Below, in pieces: positions 1 to 12,094 of a stretch of 64,000 nt of DNA. This stretch comes from Lytechinus pictus. Its lineage: Eukaryota. The DNA lies in contig NC_087251.1 of NCBI RefSeq assembly GCF_037042905.1, positions 7,690,001 to 7,754,000 of the forward strand, read 5' to 3'. The notes under the pieces were generated by a model that saw only the letters and a program-made list of their open reading frames with translations, did not search any database and had not been told where the DNA came from. The position numbers and the translations under genes are program-made. Position 1 is the stretch's first letter, and each line of letters starts with the position of its first letter.

Positions 1-38
1 CAAGAAAACGGAACTCGTCATCGAGCTTGGAAAACTAC

Positions 39-560
39 GCTTACCTAGTGAGACCCAGTGATAAAGAGCAGATTTGAGAACTGAGGAAAAGACTAGAATG
101 ATTGATTGCGAAGCAAGGACTGACCGCTTCTATGATTGCCTATGTGCATACGACTGCACGTGTGTGATGTGGATATGCCTGATCGTGTGTGTGTAGAACA
201 CGAGGCGAACAAAACGTTTTGTATGTGAGTGAATAGAGATTTGGTTCATGGCTAACTCTATCGATGAAAGATGAGAAATATCATGGTTATATAATTAAAT
301 CTTACTTAATCATTCAGTGAGTAAACTCACCAGTTAAATTCTGCTGTGAAGGTCAGGACGCTGGAGTATGACAGAAGTCTTGTGATGGGAGAAAAGACGG
401 TTTTCTTCAGATTATCGGAGCTCCTTCAACCTCTGTGGATCTGGCAGAATGGAGAGGCTAAAAGTTGGCGGTCGATGTGAGAAGATGGACCAATCACGGA
501 GCTCGTAGTAGAACTCAGATATTATGGAACTTGAGATGGCTATTCTGATTGGTGGTTCAC
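39..560 (-). other. Possible promoter and 5' non-coding exons of a leftward gene that runs out of the window
   Basis: Minus-strand donors G|GTGAGT (about 330) and AG|GTAAGC (about 44); CCAAT boxes near 490 and 547; no ORF support. Confidence 0.25.
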
Positions 561-919
561 TAGCTCTTTAAAGTTCTCATCGAAGAAAAGTTTCTTCATT
601 ACGGTCCAGTGTTAAATTATGCTTGGCCAAGAGCTCAATAACTCTCTAAACTATTGTGGTGGCAGCATACTATTTTTAAAGGTTATTTTGATAGGGTCTC
701 ACGTTACAGTACTAAAGATAAAGTTGGCAGATATAATGTGAAATATAGATTCATTATATGCATTATATTCAAATGCTACATGTACTGAAATGGAATAATA
801 AAATATAGTTTTCTTTTAACTAGATTTTTAGAGAAATATTATACAAAAAAAAAAAACCAATTTACAACATCATTGAAAACATGGTTGGAATCAGACGGCT
901 TGAGACAAATCTGTAACAA

Positions 920-1745
920 TTAAAAAGGTAATGAAGTCATTTTTAATAACAAACATATATGTTTTCGATGATTTTCTTTTTATCATGCAGATCTTATATC
1001 GAAAGGTATATTCAGGTTGAAACATATTGCAGATAAAGATGGTGAATCGAAAACAGATGCACATTTTAAAAGTAAAGGCGTCACTTCGTGGAATATAATA
1101 CAGATAAAACATAATTATATTTGAGAAAATTCCACCCGTTTGGTAAAACCATAAGCATTTCACAGAATAAAATAAAAGGGAACTAGATCTGAAAGATATT
1201 TCATTCATTGTTTCGGACAAGATTGTCCATGTAAGTGAACTTATCTCAACTTTAGGACTATTCTCAATTCCAAATTAGAAGTCATTCCATTAGTTAATCG
1301 GTTAAAAGAAACTATTGAAAAAAAATATTAGGCCAAGAAAATGTACTTTGAATAGTAAGCTGAGGGAATTTGAGTTCAAATTGTTACATGGGATTATTTA
1401 CACGACTCGGGATTTATTTCGCTTTGGCATGGTTTTCACGGATCTATATATGCTCCTTTGTCAAAAAGAAGTATAAACATACCGTGACTATAGGAGGGCA
1501 CTGGACGCGGAATGAATATTTTTGGTACACCCTTGGGGAAGACGTATTTATTAAATCATGTTCTGTCACGGTTAGTTAAATATATCATATTTCAAATAAA
1601 AAAGAAAAATATACCCCGTAATATAGCCAAGAAGTAAATGACATTTTACTTTAGTAAGAAATCAAATTGAGGAAAAAAAGATACTTCCGCCAGTAGATCA
1701 TAACACCTTATCTTTACATTTTAAAAATGGGAGGATTTTGATTCC
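920..1745 (+). mobile_element. Decayed 3' fragment of an L1/Tx1-like LINE ORF2
   Basis: Broken frames read EVIFNNKHI, FEKIPPVW and SKLREFEFKLLHGIIYT (from 1354). These parallel FENIPATW and SRLREFQFKMLYELIYT in the 29.4-31.2 kb LINE. Confidence 0.7.
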
Positions 1746-1826
1746 GAATGGAGGGCACAGTCTTTCTCTCTCTCTCTCTCTCTTCTTCTTCTTCTTCTTC
1801 TTCTTTTTACATTTACTTCTACTCTG

Positions 1827-2060
1827 CCCCCTCGGGTGTATATCTGTTAAAACTAATTTAGACAATGCCGTTTACTATGTGAATCGCAGAGTATAGTTGT
1901 TTAAACAGTTTTTAAACGCCAAGGCATGCTTGAATTATTGATAATTAAATATTTGAATTCAAACTTTGTTGTTTAAGATTTTAAACACTTGTCAACTACT
2001 GTGCGATTCACATAGTAAACAGCGTTATTTAAATTGTTTTTAACAGTATATGCTTAGGGG
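1827..2060. mobile_element. MITE with about 90-bp imperfect TIRs
   Basis: gtttactatgtgaatcgca is inverted as tgcgattcacatagtaaac; the flanks also pair. Confidence 0.65.
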
Positions 2061-2127
2061 CATGGGTGTCGATCACGGGGGGGGGGGGATGGGGGATATA
2101 TCCCCCCAATATTTCAAGTGGGGGGGT

Positions 2128-2224
2128 CAGAAGCGGATCAAGAGGGGGGGGACCATTTTTTTAAATCTTATCTTTTTTTTTTAACTTGTAATTTTATTTT
2201 ATTCTATTTCTAAGTATTTATTTC

Positions 2225-2261
<37 letters not shown>

Positions 2262-2558
2262 TCTTTTTGGGGGAGGGGGGGGGTTGTGCGAACAAATGTC
2301 ACAGAGTCCCTTGCCCCCCCCCCCCCCCCCATCAGCTTTTTTGAGCAACGACCTCTATACCAAAAAGAGTGGTGTTTTAGATGCAAGAAAACACCATTTT
2401 CACACACAGATTTTCAAAAATTTTCCCTACTGTGGGAGGGGGGACACCCCCCTCCCACACCCTCCCCCCTCGCTCGCTCCGCTCGCTTGGACTCGGTCGC
2501 TACCCTCCCTCGCATACCACCCCAACCCCCCCTTTATAAAAAGCTGGATCAGCCCCTG
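2128..2558. mobile_element. hAT-like MITE with 5-bp TSD, nested in another GC-ended element that starts about 2061
   Basis: cagaagcggatcaag ... ctggatcagcccctg; TSD GGGGT/GGGGT. Confidence 0.7.
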
Positions 2559-3939
2559 GGGGTGGCCTGTATTATCATCCCCCCCAATAATTTAGGGTAA
2601 AAAAATTATAATAATGATGATGAAAAAATGAAAAGTTTGATCATGATGATTATAGTGATGATTATAGTATGCCATCAATCAGTTTGTTTCCCTTGCAATT
2701 TGTGTATATTGTTATTAAATAAAAACATTCTTTTCCAGGACTTTTAAACAGATGGGTGAAGGTTCAAGATGAAAAAGAATGAAATGTTTATGTGTGATAT
2801 TTTTTAACACATGACATAAAAGGACCCCGACGAAAAACAACTTTGGTTCCATCCCACCAGTGGTGAATAAATTAATTTTAATAAATCAATTATTCAAAAG
2901 GGTGGAAAAATAAACGGGAGTAAAAGGGTGGTAAGATAAACGGGGAAAACCCCATGGACGTAAATCCCAGAGGGGTAGATCTTGAAAAAGTACAAATAAC
3001 TTTTTGAATAACTAAACTTGATTGATTTTTTCTTATTTTGGCAAAAAGAAATCTCTTTTGAGTTTGGAAAGGGATGACAGTTTTGCATTTTATATGAGCA
3101 CACTCATGCGGTACGTAAATTTCATTTTAACACATATATTAGCCGATATTACACACTGATGGTTCAAGAAAATGTTGGAGAAATATCATAACATGACAGT
3201 TGAGTTTTGATTGTTTTTATGTTTGTTTTTGCTTCGTGCACTTATAAAGCATTTAAAACATGTTAAAATCAGGGTTAAAATCGTCAAAGGAATGACGGTA
3301 AGCCCGATGGCGCACGAGAAGCCACACAGTTTGTAATTTGTGCTAGTCTTAATTTGTCCGAATCTGCATTTTATCATCATGCATTAAGAAGAAAAAAGAT
3401 ATTGCCAGTCGGGTTAGATTTAAGAGAGAAGTTGTATACATCATGCTCAATAAACAGATCACTTTCATAGGCGGATCCAGCTTTTGGCGAAAGGGGGGGC
3501 GCACTGTCGAGCGGCGCACATATTTTTGCACTTCACCGGCGCCATAAAAGAACATGTTGAAAAAGGGGTAAAGTCTGACCCTGTCAAATGCTCTTTTCAA
3601 AATGTAGGATTTCCAGTCATGCCATTTTGCATGACCACACGCAGATAATATTTCCGGGGGGGGGGGGCAAGACTCGAAAATTTGGTGCACATCTCACATT
3701 AATATCGTGTATTAACCCTTTTATTGCAATGAGGCCAATACTTAGTTTTTGTTTACTATATGTATATATATATACACAGGGGCGTCGATCCTTTTTTAAG
3801 ATTTGGGGGGGCAAAATCATGAATCAACTTTCCAAAGGCGCTCGATATCACACAAAACAAACAAACTCACACAAACACACACACACATATGCATATATAT
3901 ATATTTATATGACTCATGAGTTAGAAACACATATCTCAC

Positions 3940-4500
3940 CAAAAAATTAATGCGAGCGCGAAGCGCGAGCTGAATTTTTTTAGTAAACTGACCTGAAAAC
4001 AGGAAAAAGGTGCCTGTTTAGGACTGTTTGTAGTAACTCTTGAGGAGGATACATATCTCACTACACAGATAATGCGAGTGCCGAGGGCGAGCTGAAATTT
4101 CTTTATATTCTGACCAGAAAGCTTGATATTCTATGCATTTTTGGTACCAATGATTAAGATGGGTATCTAAAAAAATAATAGATGCGAGCGCGAAGCGCGA
4201 GCTTAAAATTTTGATATTTCGATCTGAAAAAAAATGACAGTTTAATGGACGTTTGTAATAAAGAACAAGATTATATCCAGCAAAAGATTATTGCAAATCG
4301 AAGCGGGAGTTCTTTTGACGTTTAGTCCTGAAAAAGTGACATTCTATTCACCTATTTAATCATGAAAAGTATGGGGTTTTGCTACAGAAATGATGCGAGC
4401 GCGAAGCGCGAGCTGAAAATTTGTATATTAATTCCAATCTGAGAAGCGGATAATTTAAGCACGATTTTAAATAAAGAACGAGTTGTGTAGCTCAATCTCA
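3940..4500. repeat. Diverged about 110-bp tandem repeat with conserved ATGCGAGCGCGAAGCGCGAGCT core
   Basis: Cores at about 3950, 4072, 4182, 4297 (degenerate) and 4394; the same family occurs at 27.3-27.9 kb. Confidence 0.75.
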
Positions 4501-4865
4501 ATATACGACTGGTTGCGTAATTATACACTCCCGGTACTAGCAACGGGTTTTAGCAAAGTTTTGGGCTAAAATATCGAATCATCTTCATAAAACACTATAG
4601 TAGCTGTCTTAAACTAAAGGCCATAGAGGTGGCACAATGTGGAATGTGTAAAGAAGAAAAGTGACTGACCTCCTTTTTATTAAAGCATTGGAAAATAAGA
4701 TCAAAATTAAAGGATTTCCTCTACGCTTTTGTATGATTCTGGGATTTTTAAAATAAATTAAAGATTTCATGACATCTGTCATTCTGTGGGCAACTGCCCC
4801 GCCCCAGTCCACTCTGTAAGGGCATGCGATAAGCTTTGTTATGAACATTCAACAATAAAATGTAA

Positions 4866-5490
4866 AACCAGGTGCCGCTGATCATTCTTGACCGGCGCAG
4901 ATTTGGTTGGCAATAGGCCCTTCTTCATTATTCTACCGGCGCCTATTTATTGGAACCAGGGGGCGCTGATTATTCTTGACCGGCGCAGATTTAGAACAAG
5001 TAGTGCTGATTATTTTTACCGACGTCACGTAAGATTCAGGCAGTGGCAATTCATAATTGACTGGCGCCGATTTAGAACCAGGAGGCGCCGATTATTCTTG
5101 ACTGGCGCCGATTTATAACCAGATGGCGCTGATTATTCTTGTCCGGCCCCGATTTAGATTTAGGTGGCGCTGATTATCCTTGATCGGCGCTGGTTAAGAA
5201 CTCAGGCAGCGTCGATTTTTCTGTACCGGCGCCGATTTATAACCAGATGGCGCCGATTATTTTTATCTGGTGCCGATTTAGATTTAGGTGGCGCAGATGC
5301 GCAGATTATCCTTGATCGGCGCCGGTTAAGACTCTGGCAGTGCCGATTTGTCTCGACTGGCGCCGATTTATAACCAAATGGCGCTGATTATTCTTGTCCG
5401 GCGCCGATTTAAATTAAGGTGGCGCTGATTATTCTTGATTGGCGCCAGTTATATGCAGGCAGCGCACTGCTGGTTATTTTTAACCGGCGA
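4866..5490. repeat. GGCGCCGATT minisatellite (about 20/40-bp units, about 125-bp higher order)
   Basis: Repeated ggcgccgatttataacca.atggcgc.gattatt at about 5104, 5228 and 5360. Confidence 0.85.
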
Positions 5491-6849
5491 AGTTGTTGAG
5501 AAAAGGGTAGTTAAAAGAAAAGATAAGGAAGATGATATGATTGTGCTTTGCTGGGGGATAGTCTTTCCTTACTGTTGCTAATATTATATCAGTGTATAAT
5601 TTTTTAAGCGGCGCCTTTTCTTTTCTTTCCTTTATTTTTCAAGCAGCGCCTTTTCTTTCTTTTACTTTTTTTTTTTTTGAGAGGCGCCTTCGGCGCCGCT
5701 CATATATTAGGGGGGGCGCGCGCCCCCTGCGCCACCCCCCTGGATCCGCCACTGACTTTGTACATGGTCCATACAATTTTTGTCATTTTTTCTGTCGTAT
5801 GAGTTTAGAATAGGCTTACTTGTAACACAAATTGAATTTTCAAAAAAATTATATAAGTACAGTACACTGCAACAATGAAGGAATTTCCAAGAACACCATG
5901 CATATCAACCGTCCTAACTTGTGATTTTAGTGGGGGTAATGTTGAAAGATCCCCATCCACAAGAACATTAATCAATTTTGTGTCAAGCATCCCCCCCAAC
6001 CAAGAGTACCGATCGACACCCATGCTTAGGGGACAGGATATAGGTTTGTGTTGTGTCATTGGTTTTCAGCAGATTAATGTTTCGGCGGGGTTTTATTCTT
6101 ATTTTGTAAGTTTTTTGTATGTACGTTGCGGGGCTTACCTGGGTCATGTGGGTAGGGAAGGGAGGCGGTTTATGGTGGGGCCGGGGGAGGGATGAGGTTG
6201 CGTTCGGAAGGAGGGGACCTGATCTGAAGATCAAGGATTTATTATTTTTTGCGTGTAGAATGTGAGGGTGTGCGGGTGTGTTTACTTTCTTTTTTCCCCT
6301 TTTGTATTATATTTCTTAATTTCTTTCAGTGAATTGGAAAATGAATGGATTAATTTATGATTTTTTATATATGTTCATGAAGTAGGCCCACTTTTTTACT
6401 GGTACCTTGATGTTTTGAAGTTATTATAATGTATCATTTATGAAGTCATGAAATTTATGAAGTCAGTTTATGTTTGTATTCACTGGAAGCCGCAATAAAA
6501 GAATCCCGGAAAAGATAAGGCCTACTTAAAAAAAAAAATCGAACCGAGACTGGCACGTCCGGTCGACTGAATGTGACGGTTGGTAACAAAACGTTAGAAG
6601 TTTGCGTGGCAATAAAAAAAAGTTAGAGGCCTGCATGAGAAAAAAGCGGGAAAAAAATCTGTGTCAATATTTTCATAATTGATCTCACACCTTGCTTTAA
6701 CAATGCAATGGATACAATATTTAAAGGTTATAATAACCCCGGGTTGTAACTTATGTGTTTTGCTGGCCTTGCAATGTCTGTGAATAAAGAGTCACGAAGA
6801 TGATAACTTGATGAGAAAATAAAGTGGAGGGTTAATAAAGATCCTCAAG

Positions 6850-7133
6850 GGGTGTGGTACTACGCTCGCGTTATCGGGAATCGGAAGCAAGCTGCACGCA
6901 CAGCCGGGGTACCGGTTGGTTCGGCGGCCGTGTACGTACGTAGGGGAAGCTACCGCGAGCCAGCTAGCTATTATATCTTGATCGAGCCTCGGCGAGGAGC
7001 TCGAACGAAAGTACGGTACACGAACACTGAGGAGCGCCGATTTCTGACCGTCGAGGAGAGCCAAATTATAACAAGTTGAGAGGTGATTATTTATGGTAGC
7101 GGCAGCCATGGCATTCTATGAATTTTCAAATAG
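6850..7133 (+). promoter_or_regulatory. CpG-rich putative promoter and first exon of B4GAT1
   Basis: Local CpG enrichment about 1 kb upstream of the 8151 exon, ending at a candidate donor AG|GTTAGG (7134). Confidence 0.5.
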
Positions 7134-8197
7134 GTTAGGCTTAGATCATTAATATGAAGGGAAAAAATGAGTAGACTGTAAATCTCGAATCTTCAACGAG
7201 TGATGTTGTCCCATACGTTGAGTTTGGTGTACGGTAGTCCGACCAAACTAATACTAATAGACGCATGGATCTGGATTCTGGAGAGTATTTGTTATTTATT
7301 AAACACAGGGAGCTATGGAAAAATCGGGAGGAAATTATAAACGATTTAAGAAAATATCAAATGAAACAGAGCCTCAGAAGAAATTAATCACACACCTCAA
7401 TTTTATGGATGATTTATCAATGTTTTCCTGTTGACTGTTTGTTACAGTTAGGCCCTAGTTAGTTTTTTTTATGTTACTTTTGTGATTTAAAAAAATATCA
7501 GAGTATATGAAAAAAAAAATCCTGAAAAAAATGAAGATTGGCGTTCGATGACCTCTACATTAAAAAATGATCAAACAGGACCTGGTATGGCCATATAGAT
7601 GCACAAGAAACAAAGTTTTTTTGTACTGGGAAATTCCCTTCGTTCTGAGCTCTGCTCAAACTTAAGAAACGAGCAAACATAAAGTCATAATTACCGCGCG
7701 GGTGCCAACTAACTCGGCTTCACCGAAAAATTAGGTGCCGAGATTTCCTATATTTGATCGTTATTTTGTGTGTATTGAATACCAACTGATTGCAGTGTTT
7801 TCTACTGTGATTTCAATTGATTTGTGTATTTTAATACCAATCTTATCTTTGGGTTGGGGTTAGGGTTAGAGTACTTAGGTTTTACAATGGACAACTTGGC
7901 ACATAATTGTTTATTTATTATTATCGGCAGGCTGAAGCAATGTCACATCTCCAGGGCTAATTGGCCCATTGACATGGTGCAACTGCTTCAATTCCATGTC
8001 CCCACTTGCAGAATTTTATGTTTGCATCAAGGTTTACATAATAGTGAGACTCGTAGTTGCCACCTCTCCCATTGGCATTAGAACTTGTGCTAGTTACTTA
8101 TTTTATATACCAGTACTTATTCTTAAACAAATCTGTTTTCTATTTTGCAGAACTTGGATTGAAATGTTCTACTTAGAGGTGTACTTCATAAAGCAAG

Positions 8198-9184
8198 ATG
8201 CATTGTACAATGCTGCAGTACTCAATCTGTGCCCTTGTGGTGTTGCTGACACTTTTACAACTCATACAACTTACCATGATCTCATGGTTGGATAACATCA
8301 GTCCTAACCACATACAAAATAGAGCAAGAGAAGTGTTACCAATGTCAGACATGCAGAAGCAGAATAAAACACATCAACAACGAGAACAACTCATCCACAT
8401 TACTTTGCCAGCAGCAAAGCTGAACACATATGGCTCTTATCAAATATTCTATGATATCTCAAAGACTCAACAAAGACTCAAATCAATTAAGACGAGAGAT
8501 ATTACTCTTGTCTCACACAGTTCTATGAATAATTTATATCATTTACCAGAGTTAGTGGACAGGTGGAAAGGACCAATTTCTTTGGCTGTGTTTGGGAGTT
8601 TATCTGATGTAAAAACTCTTGTAAGTTATGTCATGTCTCTAAAAGAATGTATAATAGGAGTGAGAAGAAATGTGACATTCCATTTAGTCCATCCTGTTAA
8701 CTCATTATCAGAAGAGGCTGAAGTATTTGGGTCGGTCCATAATAAACATTCTTTCATGGTACCTTTGATAGATTGCAGTAAACTTATGGATGCAATTAAG
8801 GCGTCATATAGCAGTGTGCAGAATTACGCTGAAGATGGCATTTTGTATCCAAATAATCTGTTGAGGAATGTTGGCCGTTCAAACATTTTAACAGAATATC
8901 ATTTAGTGCTGGATATCGATATGCTTCCAAGCGTTGGTCTGCGGGAGAAGTTCTTAAACTTTGTGAAGGGTTCATCGTCTCTATGGCTGGATGAAGACAT
9001 GGTGCATCAGATGGTTTTTGTATTACCAGCATTTGAGATGGATATTGAAGCAGTTTCCAAGGTGCCCAGAGATAAGATGGAGTTGTTGAACTACTTGGAA
9101 GAGGATAGAGTTAGACAATTTTATGTGAAGGCCTGTTCCTATTGCCAGAACCATACAGATTATGTCAAATGGACCAGTCTGCAG
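8198..9184 (+). CDS. B4GAT1: Beta-1,4-glucuronyltransferase 1 (GT49 family), coding exon 1
   Basis: Acceptor ttttgcag ends at 8150, ATG at 8198, donor CAG|GTAAGC at 9185 (phase 0). N-terminal hydrophobic type II anchor; motifs ITLVSHSS, RWKGPISLAVF, YPNNLLRNVGR, DxD (LDIDM) and VFVLPAFE. Confidence 0.9.
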
Positions 9185-9471
9185 GTAAGCTTCTTCTTCT
9201 TAAAAAAAAAGGTCCAGTTCAGTACCTGAATTTTAACATTGTGTCTTGTCACATTGGTGTTAGAAATTTTGTGATGTTCAAGTACATTTCCATGAGTTAC
9301 CATTTCACATATTGTGTTAGTAAAAAATAATGTATAATTAGGAGTACAGCATTTGTATGCAAACTTCATCTACCTCTGCATTTGTGGATGTCGTGACTTT
9401 TCCAGCCAATCAGAGACATGAACCCTGCAAGGGACCATGTATACGGCACTTTGACAGAGTACAGTATATAA

Positions 9472-9887
9472 AGGCCACCGCACACCTTACGACTGGTCTG
9501 CGACCCGATTTCAGAATAATATGTAATAGAATTTGATGCTAATATTGAGACTTGGAATAAGTTACTGTGTAATGTTCGAAATCATCGTACGAATACCTAT
9601 GATCAAATTTGTGACTATGCTATCATCCTTCTTAGAATAAAAGCAAATTTAATATCTAGTCGTAATGACGTCATAGCAGTCTTACGATTGGCTACGATTT
9701 GAAACTAATTTGGACTTTACTCCAAAATAAGGGCTTGCAATTTTTCAAAATTGTTATAATATTATTATTTCAATTAATTTTAACCTCAAATAAAATGATA
9801 TGTTCCATTCACATCTTCAGAAAATGAGCAAAATGTGATTTGTTCCAAAATCGGGTCGCAGACCAGTCGTAAGGTGTGCGGTCGCCT
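9472..9887. mobile_element. PIF/Harbinger-like MITE
   Basis: About 40-bp TIR aggccaccgcacaccttacgactggtctgcgacccgattt; TSD TAA/TAA. Confidence 0.85.
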
Positions 9888-9914
9888 TAAGGCCTGCTTT
9901 TACAAACTTGCTCA

Positions 9915-9958
9915 TTCTCCTGAAGACGACAAGAACACACTTGTCGAAACGTCAAGAT
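9915..9958 (+). ncRNA. Minimal type I hammerhead ribozyme motif (Penelope type), probably degenerate
   Basis: CTGAAGA (9920-9926), one extra C, stem II GACAAG/CTTGTC, GAAAC-GTC; stem I has a C-A mismatch next to the core. Confidence 0.65.
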
Positions 9959-10849
9959 TGGGTGGTCCTTTTCAGGACCAACACTTGCCCAAGAAAGATA
10001 CATGGTGTACTGTGAAACCTACTGCACTATTCATCTACCTTGCATTCTTACTTAACAAATTTGATAATTTTCATTAGACAATATTGGTGAATTTCTATTT
10101 TTACACCAACTTCATACAATATTATTCATATAGTCAAATAAAATTACTAAACCATTGTAATGCAATATCAGGAAAATAAATCCCCTATAGAATGTGATAA
10201 AAATTATTGATACAATTACCAATTTTTCTAGACATGAATACATTGTTTCACATATATCAATGACCTTGCTCTTCCAGTATTGTAAAAGTTTTACTCACTC
10301 AGATCATGAAACTTTTTTTTTTAATTCATAGATTGATAAAAACTTGTTTTCATCCTAATACCTGAATAGGTTGATGATAATCATCTTCTGAGTATGTAAG
10401 TAGTAAAAATCATTATTTCAAAAGAAGATCACTCCGCATTAACCTCTGGTATATATAAAAGCTTTTTTCCTACCGTAGTTAGAAGTAAAATGGGAAAATT
10501 ATTTTGTTACATATTTAAAAAAAATCTGTATCTCAATTTGTAATAAGAAAAAATTACCTTTTTTTTTAAATATAATAAAAATCTAAGCCAATGCTTTGAA
10601 AACAATATCAAGCGATGTATTACAATCAATCTGTCAAAGAACCATGTTTAAATTTCTTTTAAGTAACACAATATTCACAACATAATTTCAAACCTAACTG
10701 ATGCATTTCATCTTAATTTTTTTGGGAGGAGGTAAGGATTTTTTTGATAATCATGATTTCCATACTTTCCATATTTTGTAATTATTTTAATATTTTCAAA
10801 TAATAGTACAATGTTCTGTTATGTCATATTCAATGTGTTTTTTATACAG

Positions 10850-10984
10850 AGCGTAACTGGTAAGCTAAGTGTGGCCTATACAGTGGAATGGAAACCTTTG
10901 TGGGAACCCTTCTACATCAGCAGGAGTGATATACCTATCTATGATGAAAGATTCAGACAGTATGGTTATAATCGCATCAGTCAG
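10850..10984 (+). CDS. B4GAT1: B4GAT1 coding exon 2 (SVTGK...WEPFYI...[15 protein letters not shown])
   Basis: tttttatacag acceptor, CAG|GTAATG donor, 135 nt in frame. WEPFY and DERF.YG.NRISQ are GT49/LARGE C-terminal motifs. Confidence 0.9.
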
Positions 10985-11709
10985 GTAATGATCCAATAGT
11001 CTCAGTTCCATTAGATTTTCCTAAAGTGGAAATCAGAAGTAGATTACGAAAGTGTTTTTGTCACTGATATTTGTAATGCATTTGCAGTGGCATGATATTA
11101 CTTATTTAGAAAAGCTGTCTTATAAGTTGTTTTCCTTTTTTATATTGATATATTCCCTGTAGTCTTATCTATCAGATGCCATCAAAGGGTCAATTTTTTG
11201 TTTATGCTGGAATGAACACTGACCTTGTGTGTCCAAGGTGTAAAAATATTGATTGTGCCAAATGGAAAGAAATTGACATAATTGAAGCAGCAGTCTCATT
11301 TGAGCAGTGGTATCCCAAAGAAATAAATTTATTAAATGCATAAGTGATGTCTGGATATGTAAAGTGTGAGGGTTTTATTTCTATTAAAGTGAGACCTTGA
11401 CCAGACTAATTGAAAAAAGGAAGACGTAGTTAAAGCAGCATGCTAGTCATTGGGTAAGAAGCATAAAAAGTAGCAATTGCTTTTGCTAGGCTTTTGTTTG
11501 ATTCCGTATACATAAAAATTACTGAGCAAAAGCTTTTGCTAGTAAGCTCAAGCAATATTTAACTGCTTACTAGCGTTTGCTTCACAATTAAGCTATTGCT
11601 ATAAAGAGTATGCATAAAACGAACGTTTGCTTTGGTTTTCTTAAGCTTCTCCAGAGCAGCTTGAGCGTTTGCTTGATCAGCCCGTTCGCATCTTATACTA
11701 GTAATCATG

Positions 11710-12094
11710 TTTAGTTCTTTAAGTTCTTCAAAGGTACACTGCCTCCTTCAATCCTGAAGATTCTTGCAGTATTGTAGTACCGGGGGCCGGCAGGTGCAAT
11801 ACACCGGGTGAACACCCTACTATTTGACGAATAGTGTATTGGTTTTAACGTGCATAGGTTGTGACTCTTCTATACACGGGACCAACATTTGCGTCCTTTC
11901 CGATGGACGGAATGTTTTCCAACTGCATTCACACCTGCACTGAATACAGTGGTGAGGCACGCTAACACACAACGCTATAGCATCAGATTTTTTGTTAGAC
12001 GCGTTTCTGCATGAGCAGGACTCGAACCCCTCACGTTGAGATCTACGATCTTATCCGAAACATGTGCTCTAACCGACTGAGCTACGCTGCCTCC
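11710..12094 (-). mobile_element. tRNA-derived SINE with a Deu/Nin-like central domain
   Basis: Minus strand: A box TAGCTCAGTCGG, B box GGTTCGAGTCC. The body ttaaaaccaatacactattcgtcaaatagtagggtgttcacccggtgt resembles the Deu core as recalled. Confidence 0.75.

Larger units (their letters stand above)
3466..5754. mobile_element. Composite hAT-like non-autonomous element with 5-bp TSD
   Basis: cataggcggatccag ... ctggatccgccactg; TSD ACTTT/ACTTT; contains a nested element (about 3777-4500) and a minisatellite. Confidence 0.65.
9370..10045 (+). mobile_element. Penelope-like pseudo-LTR fragment interrupted by a Harbinger-like MITE
   Basis: CCAAT (9405), TATA (9466), then a minimal hammerhead motif after the insertion. 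Boundaries are approximate. Confidence 0.5.

Noticed and set aside
3945..4420. CRISPR-like pattern of a conserved palindromic repeat with variable spacers (also 27.3-27.9 kb)
   Set aside because: The spacers are about 90 bp and homologous to each other, the arrays sit inside MITEs, there are no cas genes, and the context is eukaryotic.
4888..5373. Repetitive ORFs (TGADL, ILDRRR)
   Set aside because: These are translations of the minisatellite.
5812..6540. Possible LINE 3' UTR ending in AATAAA and an A run
   Set aside because: No recognisable coding remnant or TSD supports a call.
9185..9229. C-terminus VSFFFLKKKVQFST of the 343-aa ORF
   Set aside because: It is intronic read-through past the GTAAGC donor.
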